A DNA stretch of 64,000 nt from Thermodesulfobacteriota bacterium (GCA_965202785.1 OZ241855.1:416001-480000), one strand, 5' to 3'; shown: positions 48,250 to 58,202, counted from the first letter of the stretch. The notes: generated from the sequence alone by a model not told the origin. Program-made: numbers and translations.

Positions 48250-48993
48250 ATGGAAAACGATTGGTCAAAATCTAACTCCGAGGAAGCTGACGAGAGGTCT
48301 AAAACCGGGAGAAAACCGGACTCTGGCAAGCTTCTCTCAGGCGGGATCAAGTCTTGGTGGCTCTTTCTCATGAAACCTATAGAGGACTTTCTTATAGAAA
48401 GGGAGTTTCGCCCCAACGTACTTACCATTACCACCCTGATAGTTTCCGCACTTGCGGGGTGGTTTTTCCATCTGGGCATGATCTTCATAGCCGGAGTTCT
48501 GCTGCTGGCCGGCTCGACTTTTGATATCTTCGATGGAAGGGTAGCGCGAGCCCAAGGCCTTAATTCACCCAGAGGAGCTTTTTTTGACTCCTGCGTGGAC
48601 AGATATTCAGAAGTTCTTATCTATCTGGGTCTTCTGAGCTTTTTCAGAGACACTTTTTTCGTTTATATCGTTTTCCTTACAGTCAGCTGTTCCATGATGG
48701 TCAGCTACACAAGGGCGAGGGCCGAGGGGCTTGGAATCGACTGCGAGGTGGGGATAATGCAGAGAGCCGAGAGAGTAGTTTACTTGGGGGTTCTCTCGAC
48801 GTTTAACTTCCTTGGCAACATAGTTACCTTTCTTATGGGGCTTGGAAACAGGGATTACCTTCTGAAGCTTTCAGTCCTCATTCTCTTCGTCTTTTCCTTC
48901 TACACCTCAATACAGAGAATGATTCACGTAATGAGCAAGATAGAGAAAGCCGAAAACGGCGGGACGGACGGAACTGGAAAAGCCGCGGACTAG
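48250..48993 (+). CDS. CDP-alcohol phosphatidyltransferase (PIP/AIP synthase-like)
   Basis: PN.LT, D.FDGRVAR....S..GAFFDS..DR and SY.RARAE..G....G...R.ER motifs. Confidence 0.88.
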   Translation: MENDWSKSNSEEADERSKTGRKPDSGKLLSGGIKSWWLFLMKPIEDFLIEREFRPNVLTITTLIVSALAGWFFHLGMIFIAGVLLLAGSTFDIFDGRVARAQGLNSPRGAFFDSCVDRYSEVLIYLGLLSFFRDTFFVYIVFLTVSCSMMVSYTRARAEGLGIDCEVGIMQRAERVVYLGVLSTFNFLGNIVTFLMGLGNRDYLLKLSVLILFVFSFYTSIQRMIHVMSKIEKAENGGTDGTGKAAD

Positions 48994-49334
48994 GAGGTTC
49001 TCTCTCTTATCCTGCTGGCTTTCTTTGAAAGGCCTCTTAGGTAGTAAAGCTTGGCTCTTCTCACGCGGCCTTTTCTTTTTACTTCTATTTTCCCTATAAG
49101 GGGGGAATGCAGGGGAAAGATTCTCTCGACACCTATACCGTAGGAGACCTTCCTTACCGTGAAAGTTTCCCTGAAGCCCGAACCTTTTTTGGCTATCACG
49201 GTGCCTTCAAAAACCTGGATCCTTCTCCTTTCACCTTCCTTGATGTTGTAGTGGACCGATACCGTGTCCCCAGCTCGAAATTCCGGCAGGTCCGTTCTCA
49301 GGTGCTTTTTTTCAACTTCTGCTATAATTCCCAT
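48990..49334 (-). CDS. rplS: 50S ribosomal protein L19
   Basis: F.AGDTV.V...I.EG, FTVRK.S.G.GVERIFP and RRAKLYYLR motifs. Confidence 0.98.
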   Translation of the reverse strand: MGIIAEVEKKHLRTDLPEFRAGDTVSVHYNIKEGERRRIQVFEGTVIAKKGSGFRETFTVRKVSYGIGVERIFPLHSPLIGKIEVKRKGRVRRAKLYYLRGLSKKASRIRERTS

Positions 49335-49364
49335 TTTCTCAATCTTCCTTTTCGCGGGATGTTG

Positions 49365-49393
49365 AATATACAGAACCCCATGGGGATTGTCAA
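49365..49393 (-). promoter_or_regulatory. Internal sigma70 promoter for rplS with palindromic spacer
   Basis: TTGACA-17 nt-TATATT; the spacer contains CCCCATGGGG. Confidence 0.65.
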
Positions 49394-49455
49394 AATATTA
49401 GAAAGGCTTTTTTCGGCTGTTTCAAAAAGCTTCCCGAAACGTCCGTTCCAGCCGG

Positions 49456-50754
49456 TCAGGCTCCACAGGAAAGCAACCTGTCAAGCACTACGGCGGCCGC
49501 GCTTCTTACCGAAAGATGATTGAATTCACTATAGCCGCTTATGGGTTTCAGCACATAGTCGGCTGCTTTTATTGTCTCAAGTGTGAGTCCCCACCCCGTG
49601 CCGAAAAGAATCAGAAAAGGTTCCGTGTTTTCGAATATTTTTTCCCGAAGCGCCCGGTAGCCAGTCATGTCATCTGAAAAGCGGGCGTCAGTGACCACTA
49701 TTTTCGGTTTTTTCCCTTCGATTTCCTCTATCTGCTCGACGGCCTCCTCGATAGTGCTCATTATGCTTATGATGCCGAAAGCCTTGCTTTTGGTCTCGTT
49801 AAAATTCCTTCCCTCTCCCTCGATCCAGTGATCAACGAGTCTGCCCGCAAGGCGGCGCTGCTCTTCGACAGGGTTTATCAGATAGAATTTTTTGACTCCG
49901 TACGTAGTGGCATCCCTTGATATGTCGTGCGCGTCTATGCTCTTAAAGGCAGTCGAGACGACTTCGAGACGGCTATTATACGCCGGATAATGCACAAGGG
50001 CTATGTAAACCTTAAAATCCGGAGAATTGCCGGTCTTGAGTTCCTTTAGGAAAGCGTCTTCTTCCTTGGAAAGTTGGGCGTCGTCAAGGGAAGCGGGGTT
50101 GTGGATGAAAGTACTTTTTATACTCTCCTGCCTTCTCCATTTCCTTATTTTTTCGTGATCTCCTGAAAGAAGCAGCTCGGGGACCTTCTTTCCCTTGTAT
50201 GTACGCGGCTTCGTATACTGGGGATACTGAAGAAGTCCGTTTGTAAGAGACTCAGAGGCAAGAGACTCGGTGTTTCCGAGAACCCCCGGGAGGTATCTCG
50301 ACACGGCATCCACTATCAGGGAACAGGCGTATTCCCCCCCGGAATTTATGTACTTCCCAGTTGATATCTTCATATCAACATAAAGTTCGCTCACCCTGTC
50401 GTCCACCCCTTCGTACCTGCCGCAGAGGATTATCAGCTGCTCAAACCCGCAAAGTTCCTGCGCCTTGCGGTCATCAAACTCCTCTCCCTTGGGAGTCGTG
50501 AGAATTACGGCGGAGCGAAGCCCTTTTTCCCTTATACGACCGATAGCATTCCCTATCGGTTCCGGGGTCATAAGCATTCCGCTCCCCCCTCCGTACGGAG
50601 TATCATCCGTTTTTCCATGCTTATCCGCGGAATAAGCTCTCAGGTCGTGGACGTTTATCTCCACCGCCTCGCTCTCAACTGCCCTGCTTATCACCCCGAA
50701 CGAAAAAACGGAATCAAAAAAACCGGGAAAGATCGTCACTATGTCAAACTTCAT
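49456..50754 (-). CDS. trmD: tRNA m1G37 methyltransferase TrmD fused to a Tm1570/DUF2168 SPOUT methyltransferase
   Basis: N-terminal half: TIFP, DD.PYGGG.GM, CGRYEG.D.R, SGGE and YPQYT.P. C-terminal ~185 aa: ALVHYP, HDISR...YG, FGTGWGL and NHLSVR.A.A..LDRL. Confidence 0.93.
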   Translation of the reverse strand: MKFDIVTIFPGFFDSVFSFGVISRAVESEAVEINVHDLRAYSADKHGKTDDTPYGGGSGMLMTPEPIGNAIGRIREKGLRSAVILTTPKGEEFDDRKAQELCGFEQLIILCGRYEGVDDRVSELYVDMKISTGKYINSGGEYACSLIVDAVSRYLPGVLGNTESLASESLTNGLLQYPQYTKPRTYKGKKVPELLLSGDHEKIRKWRRQESIKSTFIHNPASLDDAQLSKEEDAFLKELKTGNSPDFKVYIALVHYPAYNSRLEVVSTAFKSIDAHDISRDATTYGVKKFYLINPVEEQRRLAGRLVDHWIEGEGRNFNETKSKAFGIISIMSTIEEAVEQIEEIEGKKPKIVVTDARFSDDMTGYRALREKIFENTEPFLILFGTGWGLTLETIKAADYVLKPISGYSEFNHLSVRSAAAVVLDRLLSCGA

Positions 50755-50770
50755 CGCAGTATCACCGGAA

Positions 50771-51304
50771 TTACTCGAGGAGTCCCTCTACTGGTTCCAG
50801 GGTGATCGTCGAACCGTCAAGATCCACCGCGGTCACGAACTTTTCGACAAACGGAACCAGAAATTCCCGGCCCCGTTCCGGACTCTTTATCACGAGAATG
50901 TCGTGTCCACCCGAATCGATAAGGTCCTTTACCTCCCCGATATTATCTCCGTGGGAGGTACGGACCCGAAGCCCGATGAGGTCAGCCCAATAATATTCAT
51001 CTTCTCCCGGGGGGTGCAAATCATTTTTTTCGACCAGAACACGGAGATTTTTAAGTGCGTCGGCGGCCTCGAGGGTATCAATGTCCTCTAGCTTAACAAT
51101 CGCGACGTTTTTCTGGATTCTTATCCTGGAGAGACTGAATCTTCGTGGTTCTTTCCGGTTGGGAACTTCTACATAGATTTTTCCTATCCCGGAGAGGGTT
51201 TCGGGGTGCCCGCCGAAGGCGAACACCTTCACTTCACCGTAAAGACCATGTCTTTTGGTTATCTTCCCGTAGAGAACAAGGTTTTGTTTCGCGCTTTCCG
51301 GCAA
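50771..51304 (-). CDS. rimM: Ribosome maturation factor RimM
   Basis: G.I...HGL.GEV, EYYW.DL.GL.V and L.PFV..V..VD motifs. Confidence 0.95.
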   Translation of the reverse strand: MPESAKQNLVLYGKITKRHGLYGEVKVFAFGGHPETLSGIGKIYVEVPNRKEPRRFSLSRIRIQKNVAIVKLEDIDTLEAADALKNLRVLVEKNDLHPPGEDEYYWADLIGLRVRTSHGDNIGEVKDLIDSGGHDILVIKSPERGREFLVPFVEKFVTAVDLDGSTITLEPVEGLLE

Positions 51305-51306
51305 TG

Positions 51307-51546
51307 CTACTCAAGGATCTCCAAGACGGCGCGTTTTTTCATTTTTGCGGCCGCGGCGCTCAATATGCTGCGAATCGCCTTTGCGGTTCTTCCCTGTTTT
51401 CCGATTACCTTCCCCAAGTCTTCGGAGGCCACTCTAAGCTCAATAACCGTAGTTTTCTCGCCCGCCACCTCTGTCACCTTAACCTCCTCGGGGTTGTCGA
51501 CAATGGATTTAGCCATGAATTCGACAAAGTCTTTGAGCTGACTCAT
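51307..51546 (-). CDS. khpA: KH-domain RNA-binding protein KhpA (YlqC)
   Basis: VD.PE.V and [16 protein letters not shown] motifs. Lies between rpsP and rimM. Confidence 0.93.
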   Translation of the reverse strand: MSQLKDFVEFMAKSIVDNPEEVKVTEVAGEKTTVIELRVASEDLGKVIGKQGRTAKAIRSILSAAAAKMKKRAVLEILE

Positions 51547-51608
51547 AAGGAGCATCCCTCCTGAAACTAGAATTTTTGCGTATGAATTTTCGCGTGGAAG
51601 AAAACGTG

Positions 51609-51842
51609 CTACGTAACCTGTGATATGAGCTTGCTGACCCTGTTGGTTGCCTTGGCGCCGTTATCCATCCACGCTTTCACTCTTTCCATGTCTACCTTGA
51701 GTTCGTGAGGTTTCTTCCGCGGATCGTAATGTCCCAGTATTTCAAGAAACTTCCCGTCGCGCGGGGAACGGACATCCGCGGCAACTATCCTGTAAAACGG
51801 CCTCTTCTTGGATCCAATCCTGCTCAATCTTATCTTGACCAA
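51609..51842 (-). CDS. rpsP: 30S ribosomal protein S16
   Basis: VKIRL.R.G.KK.PFYRIV..D.R..RDG motif. TTG start with GGAGGT RBS. Confidence 0.97.
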   Translation of the reverse strand: MVKIRLSRIGSKKRPFYRIVAADVRSPRDGKFLEILGHYDPRKKPHELKVDMERVKAWMDNGAKATNRVSKLISQVT

Positions 51843-51885
51843 ACTGCTGTTACCTCCTGAATTCGGGGTTAAAGATATGCTCCCG

Positions 51886-53220
51886 TCATCTGAATTTCAT
51901 CATTCTTTTTGCTAGTTTACCCATTTTCCCCATGTTTTTCATCATGTTTCGCATCTGTATGTAGTTTTTTATCATGCGGTTCACGTCAGGCACCGTAGTT
52001 CCGCTTCCCTTGGCGATTCTCTTTCTGCGACTGCCGTTCAGAATAGCATGATTCCTTCTTTCGGGCACCGTCATGGAATTGATTATCGCAAGGCTCTTTT
52101 TTATCTCCTCCTCCGCCTTCGCCATCGCTTCGGGGTTATCGCTGACCTTTTTCATCCCCGGAACCATGTGAGCTATGTTTTCTATTGAACCGAGTTTGCT
52201 CATGGCCAGTATCGATTCCCTGTAATCTTCGAGGGAGAACTGCTTTTTCGATATTCTCTCCGCGAGTTTTTTCGTTCTTTCCTCTTCAAAAGCGTCTTCC
52301 GCCTTTTCTATGAGGCTGAGGACGTCTCCCATTCCCAGAATTCTCGAGGCTATTCTCTCGGGGTGAAAGACCTCAAGCGCGTCGGCTTTCTCTCCCGTTC
52401 CGAAAAATTTTATAGGTTTGCCGGTGGTAGCCTTTATCGAAAGGGCCGCCCCTCCCCTAGCGTCCGCATCCATCTTCGTGAGAATCACGCCGTCGAGGTC
52501 AATAGCTTCATCAAAGCCCTGCGAGACGTTCACGGCATCCTGTCCCGTCATCGAGTCGGCAACCAGGAGGATTTCATGGGGATTTACCTTCTTCTTTATG
52601 CTTCCCAGTTCATCCATTAGCTCGCGGTCAAGATGAAGGCGTCCGGCCGTGTCTATGATCACCGCGTCCGCCCCATGTTTCGCGGAGGCCGAGACCGCAT
52701 CCGCGCACACGTCCACGGGGTCCGAACCGGCCACGGTATCGTGGACGCTTACGTCTATTTTTTCTCCGAGCACCTTGAGCTGCTCTATCGCGGCGGGCCG
52801 GTAGATGTCTGCGGGAACCAGAAGCGGGGTCTTATCGTGGCGTTCCTTAAGAAACTTGGCAAGCTTCGACGCCGTAGTGGTTTTTCCCGAACCCTGGAGC
52901 CCTACCAGCATTATTATCACGGGAGGCGAGACGTTTAGATTCAGGGGTTCGTTTTCCAACCCCAGAATGCCGGTAAGTTCTTCTTTGACTATTTTTACAA
53001 ACTGCTGTCCCGGATTGAGACTCTTTTCGACTTCCCGACCCAGTGCTCTTTCTTTGACAAGCTCGGTGAACTGGCGAACCACTCTGAAATTGACGTCCGC
53101 TTCAAGAAGGCTGAGACGCACTTCGCGAAGCGCGTCCTCTATGTTCTTTTCGCTCAGCTTTCCATAGCCCCCTATCCTTTTGAGGGTGGTGCCGAGTTTT
53201 TTGGAAATTCCTTCAAACAT
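51886..53220 (-). CDS. ffh: Signal recognition particle protein Ffh
   Basis: LLEADV, GLQGSGKTT, DTAGR, TK.D.DARGG and RIA.GSG motifs; Met-rich tail. Confidence 0.97.
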   Translation of the reverse strand: MFEGISKKLGTTLKRIGGYGKLSEKNIEDALREVRLSLLEADVNFRVVRQFTELVKERALGREVEKSLNPGQQFVKIVKEELTGILGLENEPLNLNVSPPVIIMLVGLQGSGKTTTASKLAKFLKERHDKTPLLVPADIYRPAAIEQLKVLGEKIDVSVHDTVAGSDPVDVCADAVSASAKHGADAVIIDTAGRLHLDRELMDELGSIKKKVNPHEILLVADSMTGQDAVNVSQGFDEAIDLDGVILTKMDADARGGAALSIKATTGKPIKFFGTGEKADALEVFHPERIASRILGMGDVLSLIEKAEDAFEEERTKKLAERISKKQFSLEDYRESILAMSKLGSIENIAHMVPGMKKVSDNPEAMAKAEEEIKKSLAIINSMTVPERRNHAILNGSRRKRIAKGSGTTVPDVNRMIKNYIQMRNMMKNMGKMGKLAKRMMKFR

Positions 53221-53410
53221 CGTTGCATTTCCCGCCACTTCAAGCCATCCGGGGCGGTGTCACGATCTATATAATACCGGAATTACGAAAATACAATCCT
53301 TCCCCGCCCAACGCACAGAAGCGTCAAGGCCCGCGCCTTAACGGAGGAACATGGACAAAAGCCCCCAAGCTATTATAATTACACCAATTTGTATCTTATC
53401 GGAGGCACCG

Positions 53411-53992
53411 TTGAAACTCGGAGCATACAGGTACATAAAACAGTTTCTCAGGGACCCCAAAAGCACGGGTTCCATAACTCCTTCAAATGAAGAACTGTCG
53501 GAGCTTGTTACCGACACCGCACGGCTTGGTGAAATGGGGACCGTGGTAGAACTGGGCCCGGGAACCGGGGTTTTCACCGAGAAGATCCTTGAGAAGAAAA
53601 ACCCCGAGACGCTGTTTTTCGCAATAGAGATCAATCCCGAGTTCTGCGAAGCGACCAAATCACGATGTCCTTCCGCGACAGTCTACAGGGATTCCGCGGA
53701 GAACATGAAAAAATATCTCGAGCAGCACGGAGCGGATTCCTGCGACTGCATTATTTCAAGTCTTCCCTGGGCCGTATTTGACCACGGAACCCAGGACAGG
53801 CTGCTTGACGTAATCTGGAATGTACTTAAGCCCGGAGGCAGGATGATCACCTTCAGCTATTCAGTAAGCATGATGGTTCCAAACGCCAGAAGATTCCGCT
53901 CAATCCTGCGAAACAAGTTCACAAACGTCGTCAAGTCGAAAACCGTCTGGTCCAACTTTCCTCCCGCGTTCGTTTACAGCGCGGAAAAATAA
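53411..53992 (+). CDS. Class I SAM methyltransferase, phospholipid N-methyltransferase (PmtA/OlsG-like)
   Basis: F...P..TGS..PS..L, VVELGPGTG.FT, ISSLP, F.Y and W.N.PPA.VY motifs. TTG 53411 with GGAGG RBS. Confidence 0.8.
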   Translation: MKLGAYRYIKQFLRDPKSTGSITPSNEELSELVTDTARLGEMGTVVELGPGTGVFTEKILEKKNPETLFFAIEINPEFCEATKSRCPSATVYRDSAENMKKYLEQHGADSCDCIISSLPWAVFDHGTQDRLLDVIWNVLKPGGRMITFSYSVSMMVPNARRFRSILRNKFTNVVKSKTVWSNFPPAFVYSAEK

Positions 53993-54093
53993 CGTCGTCT
54001 CGGGCGGCGGCCAAAAACACATCCGCAAGCTAGTTCTCCCCCCGCAAGGGCTGTTGGGTATACTTAATGAATAACGCATAAGCGGTTTCTTTC

Positions 54094-56781
54094 ATGTCCC
54101 AGGACCCTCTCTATCTGATTGACGGCAGTTCGTATATATTCAGGGCGTATTACGGTGTAAGGGCCGATCTTTCCACTTCCGACGGGTTTCCAACCAACGC
54201 CGTCTACGGATTTGCGAACATGCTTCTTAAGTTTCTCAGGGAATACGAACCGAGGTACCTGGGGATGGTGTTCGATTCCAAGGGAGAAGTGTTCAGAAAC
54301 GAAATATACCCAGAGTACAAGGCCAACAGGGACGAGGCTCCAGAAAGCCTCCAGCTTCAGTTCCCTAAGATTTTCGAACTGGTACGGGCATTCTCAATAC
54401 CGATGCTTGCAATGGAAGGATACGAAGCCGATGACATCATTGGAACCATAGCCAGCGCGCAGGAAGGATCGAAGGTCGTTCTGGTCACGGGAGACAAGGA
54501 TTTCTGCCAGCTGGTGTCTGAAGACGTAACCTTGGTTGACACAATGAGGGAACGCGTAACCGGAGTGCAGGAAGTGCGCCAGAAGTACGGGATCGAGCCT
54601 GGACAGATGATTGATTTCTTCGCTCTTGTGGGAGACAAGGTTGACAACATTCCGGGAGTGGCGGGCGTAGGGGAGAAAACCGCTTCGGACCTTATATCCA
54701 AGTACGGGGATCTTGACGGCGTATACGCCAACCTCGAAGAGCTCAGCTCCAGCCGCGCTAAGAGGCTAAGAGAGCACAAAGACGACGCGTACCTTAGCCG
54801 CGAGCTCGTTACCATAAAAACGGACGTCGAAGTAGGAACCGGAATCGAGGACTTCAGGTACGGAGGATACGCGGCCGAAGATCTTCAGGAAATATTCAGA
54901 GAACTTGAGTTTGGAAAGCTCCTTGATGAGATCGGAGCCTCTCCCCCTCCAAGCAAAGGCGAAGCGCTAGGATACGATTCCTACGAAACTGTTTTCGACG
55001 AGGTATCCCTCGGCCGGATCATAAGCATGGTAGAGGAGGCAGGAGAACTATCAATAGATCTCGAGACGGATTCCAAACTGCCGATGAACGCAGGAATAGT
55101 CGGCTTTTCGCTGTGCACAGCCCCGGGACAGGCTTTTTACGTTCCCGTGGGACACACGGGCATTATGGAAACCGAAAAACAGATGAATATTGATACAGCT
55201 CTTTCAATGCTCAAACCCGTTTTGGAATCCGAGGATGTAAAAAAAATAGGTCAGAACATAAAATACGAGATGCTCGTGCTTAGAAACCACGGAGTCAGGC
55301 TCAGGGGAATTTGCTTCGACACGATGCTTGCGGCCCACCTGCTAGACGCTTCCCGGACAAGCTACAAGCTCGATGAGCTCTCAAGAACTGAGCTTGGCCA
55401 CAGGATGATCTCCTACGATGACGTTACGGGCAAGGGGAAATCCAAGAAGAACTTCGCCGAAGTTGATATCGAGACGGCGACAAGATATTCCTGCGAAGAC
55501 TCTGACGTGGCGCTCGTTCTTTCAAGGAAATTTCTCGAAGCTCTCAAGCAGGAGGAACTCTGGGATCTCTACAGGGAGAATGTCCTCGGACTTCTTCCTG
55601 TTCTCTGCGACATGGAGTTTACGGGCGTGAGTGTCAACACCGCGATTCTCGAGGAGATGTCGGAGGAATTTGAAAAGGACCTCGGTTCAATCAAGGCCGA
55701 GATATACGAAAAAACCGAAGGAGAGTTTAATATAAATTCAACGAAGCAGCTCTCCGAGGTGCTTTTCGAAAAGTTGAGGCTTCCCGCCAGAAAGAAAACC
55801 GCCAAAGGCGCTTTTTCCACTGATTCAGAAGTGCTTAGAGATCTTTCGACAATCCACGAAGTGCCCCGTCTCATACTGAGGCACAGGTTTCTCTCCAAAC
55901 TGAAATCCACTTACATTGATCAGCTCCCAAGGCTCATCAATCCGGCCACGGGAAGGATTCACACCTCTTTTAATCCTGCCGGCACTTCAACCGGAAGGCT
56001 GAGCTCGAGCGATCCCAATCTTCAGAACATCCCGATAAAAACCGAGGATGGGAAAAGAATCCGAAAATCGTTCGTGGCGAAAGACGGCTGCGTTGTACTG
56101 TCGGCCGATTACTCACAGATAGAACTTCGCCTGCTCGCCCATTTCTCGGGGGATCCAACCCTGCTTGAGGCGCTTCGAGCTGACAAGGACGTGCACGTCG
56201 CAACGGCCTGCGAAATCTTCAACGCAGGCGAAGACCGGATTACCTCCGAGATGCGGAATCTCGCCAAGACTATAAACTTCGGGATAATATACGGGATAAG
56301 CGCTTTCGGTCTTTCAAAACAGCTCGGTACCACGGTCTCGGTCTCGAGAAATTACATAAACAGGTATTTTGACAGATATTCGGAAGTGAAGACCTATATG
56401 CAGTCATCGGTTGAGGATGCACGGAGCAGGGGCTACACCGAGACGCTTATCGGAAGAAGAAGGCCCATACCGGAGCTTGTGTCGGGGAACAGAGTGGAAA
56501 GGAGCAGAGGTGAGCGGGAAGCCATAAACACTCCGATACAGGGGTCTGCGGCAGATATAATAAATCTGGCGATGATCCGCATATTCAGAAGATTTGAGGA
56601 AGGAGGATTTCGCTCCAAGATGATTCTTCAGGTTCACGACGAACTTCTTTTCGAGGTTCACGAGACGGAACTTGAAGAACTGAAATTTCATATAAAAAAC
56701 GACATGGAAAACGCTTGGGAGCTTAATGTACCGCTCAGAGTGGAGATGCGCGCCGCGGAGAACTGGGCTGAAGCCCACTGA
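54094..56781 (+). CDS. polA: DNA polymerase I
   Basis: 5'-3' exonuclease (LIDG.SY.FRA, EADD), 3'-5' exonuclease (DLET, Y..ED) and polymerase (TGRLSS, DYSQIELR, QVHDEL) motifs. Confidence 0.98.
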   Translation: MSQDPLYLIDGSSYIFRAYYGVRADLSTSDGFPTNAVYGFANMLLKFLREYEPRYLGMVFDSKGEVFRNEIYPEYKANRDEAPESLQLQFPKIFELVRAFSIPMLAMEGYEADDIIGTIASAQEGSKVVLVTGDKDFCQLVSEDVTLVDTMRERVTGVQEVRQKYGIEPGQMIDFFALVGDKVDNIPGVAGVGEKTASDLISKYGDLDGVYANLEELSSSRAKRLREHKDDAYLSRELVTIKTDVEVGTGIEDFRYGGYAAEDLQEIFRELEFGKLLDEIGASPPPSKGEALGYDSYETVFDEVSLGRIISMVEEAGELSIDLETDSKLPMNAGIVGFSLCTAPGQAFYVPVGHTGIMETEKQMNIDTALSMLKPVLESEDVKKIGQNIKYEMLVLRNHGVRLRGICFDTMLAAHLLDASRTSYKLDELSRTELGHRMISYDDVTGKGKSKKNFAEVDIETATRYSCEDSDVALVLSRKFLEALKQEELWDLYRENVLGLLPVLCDMEFTGVSVNTAILEEMSEEFEKDLGSIKAEIYEKTEGEFNINSTKQLSEVLFEKLRLPARKKTAKGAFSTDSEVLRDLSTIHEVPRLILRHRFLSKLKSTYIDQLPRLINPATGRIHTSFNPAGTSTGRLSSSDPNLQNIPIKTEDGKRIRKSFVAKDGCVVLSADYSQIELRLLAHFSGDPTLLEALRADKDVHVATACEIFNAGEDRITSEMRNLAKTINFGIIYGISAFGLSKQLGTTVSVSRNYINRYFDRYSEVKTYMQSSVEDARSRGYTETLIGRRRPIPELVSGNRVERSRGEREAINTPIQGSAADIINLAMIRIFRRFEEGGFRSKMILQVHDELLFEVHETELEELKFHIKNDMENAWELNVPLRVEMRAAENWAEAH

Positions 56782-56798
56782 CCTAAAAGAATGCAGCA

Positions 56799-58202
56799 AT
56801 GACGAATTCCAGAAGAAAAATCTTGATTCTGCGCACCTTGGTTTTACTCTTTGCCTTTCTGCCGGCCGCCTCCTCCTATGCTGATGTAAACCACAAGAAA
56901 ATCCTTTCCTTTCTCTCAAAAACCCCCCCGTCGCAAAGAAAAATCGGGATCATGGTCCGTTCGGCCGATACCGGCAGAACGGTTTTCCGCTATAACAGCA
57001 AAAAGGAGTTCATCCCCGCTTCCAACAACAAAATACTTTCCTCCATAGCGGCTCTTTCCATCCTCGGAAAAAATTTCCGGTTCAAAACGAAGTTTTATCT
57101 GGGCGGAGGTATACACTCGGGAGTAGGCCACGGCGGTCTTTACGTAAAAGGGTTCGGAGATCCCACGATAGACATCGGGAAACTTCGGGAGATTGCCGGG
57201 CGGATTGAAGCACTCGGGATAACCAGAATCGACGGTGGCATATATCTTGACGGTTCATATTTTGACGACAATCTCTACGGACAGGGCTGGGACCCTGAAT
57301 GGTTCGACAAAGGATTCTGCCCTCCCGTAACGGCGATTTCGTTTAATTACAACTCGGCCAAGATAAAGATTTCCGCGTCCAGAGTGCAGGGGGTACCCGC
57401 AATAGTGAGAACGGAACCCGCGGAGTTCCCCTTCCCGATTAGAAACAGGGTTTCCACTAGGCTGAAAAGGTCGGGCGTTAGAGCAGCATACAACGAACGA
57501 AACGAACTCAAGATCTCCGGATACGTCTCCTCCCGAAAAAAAGCCGAGACCCTGGAGATTTCGGTGCCAGACCCGTTTTTTTACTTCGGGGCGGTATTCA
57601 AGAGAGTTCTCGAGGAAAACGGAATCGAGGTAAGCGGGCCCATAAAACGTGGGAAGGTGCCTCGATGGTCCGGCAAAATTCTCACTCATTATTCAGAACC
57701 TCTAGGCACTATTATTCATGAGTACAACAAAGAAAGCGTAAACATAATAGGGGAGAGCATAGTGAAGGCGATCGGCGCCGAGTTCTCCGGCGCCCCGGGC
57801 TCATGGGAATCCGGAACGCGCGTGATTGAAAATCACCTGAGAAGAATCGGTCTCAATGGTAGCTTCTCCGTGGCCGACGGTTCCGGTCTGTCAAGGCTGA
57901 ACAGAGTGTCACCCGAGAACATAACCGAGGCGCTCGCCAAAGCCTACAACAATCCGGATATTTCCGAGGAGTTTGTCGCGTCCCTTCCGATCGCCGGAGT
58001 TGACGGAACTCTCAAGAAAAGATTTCGTAACCTCAAGGGCAAGGTCTACGCGAAAACCGGATATCTTGAAGGAGCCAGATCCCTGTCCGGCTACGTATTC
58101 GGAAAAAACGGGCGGGTTTATGTTTTTTCCATCATATCAAACGGCATGGGAGCAAGGGTAAAGAAACTTCAGAACCTGCTTCTTCGGGAACTCGTCTACT
58201 GA
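56799..58202 (+). CDS. dacB: D-Ala-D-Ala carboxypeptidase/endopeptidase PBP4 (peptidase S13)
   Basis: PASNNK, G.GDP, K.S.N, DGSGLSR, LP.AG.DGTL and AKTG motifs. Confidence 0.93.
   Translation: MTNSRRKILILRTLVLLFAFLPAASSYADVNHKKILSFLSKTPPSQRKIGIMVRSADTGRTVFRYNSKKEFIPASNNKILSSIAALSILGKNFRFKTKFYLGGGIHSGVGHGGLYVKGFGDPTIDIGKLREIAGRIEALGITRIDGGIYLDGSYFDDNLYGQGWDPEWFDKGFCPPVTAISFNYNSAKIKISASRVQGVPAIVRTEPAEFPFPIRNRVSTRLKRSGVRAAYNERNELKISGYVSSRKKAETLEISVPDPFFYFGAVFKRVLEENGIEVSGPIKRGKVPRWSGKILTHYSEPLGTIIHEYNKESVNIIGESIVKAIGAEFSGAPGSWESGTRVIENHLRRIGLNGSFSVADGSGLSRLNRVSPENITEALAKAYNNPDISEEFVASLPIAGVDGTLKKRFRNLKGKVYAKTGYLEGARSLSGYVFGKNGRVYVFSIISNGMGARVKKLQNLLLRELVY

Noticed and set aside
50334-50340. G7 tract in trmD as a phase-variation site
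   Set aside because: Short, in frame, and encodes the conserved Gly-Gly-Glu of an essential gene.
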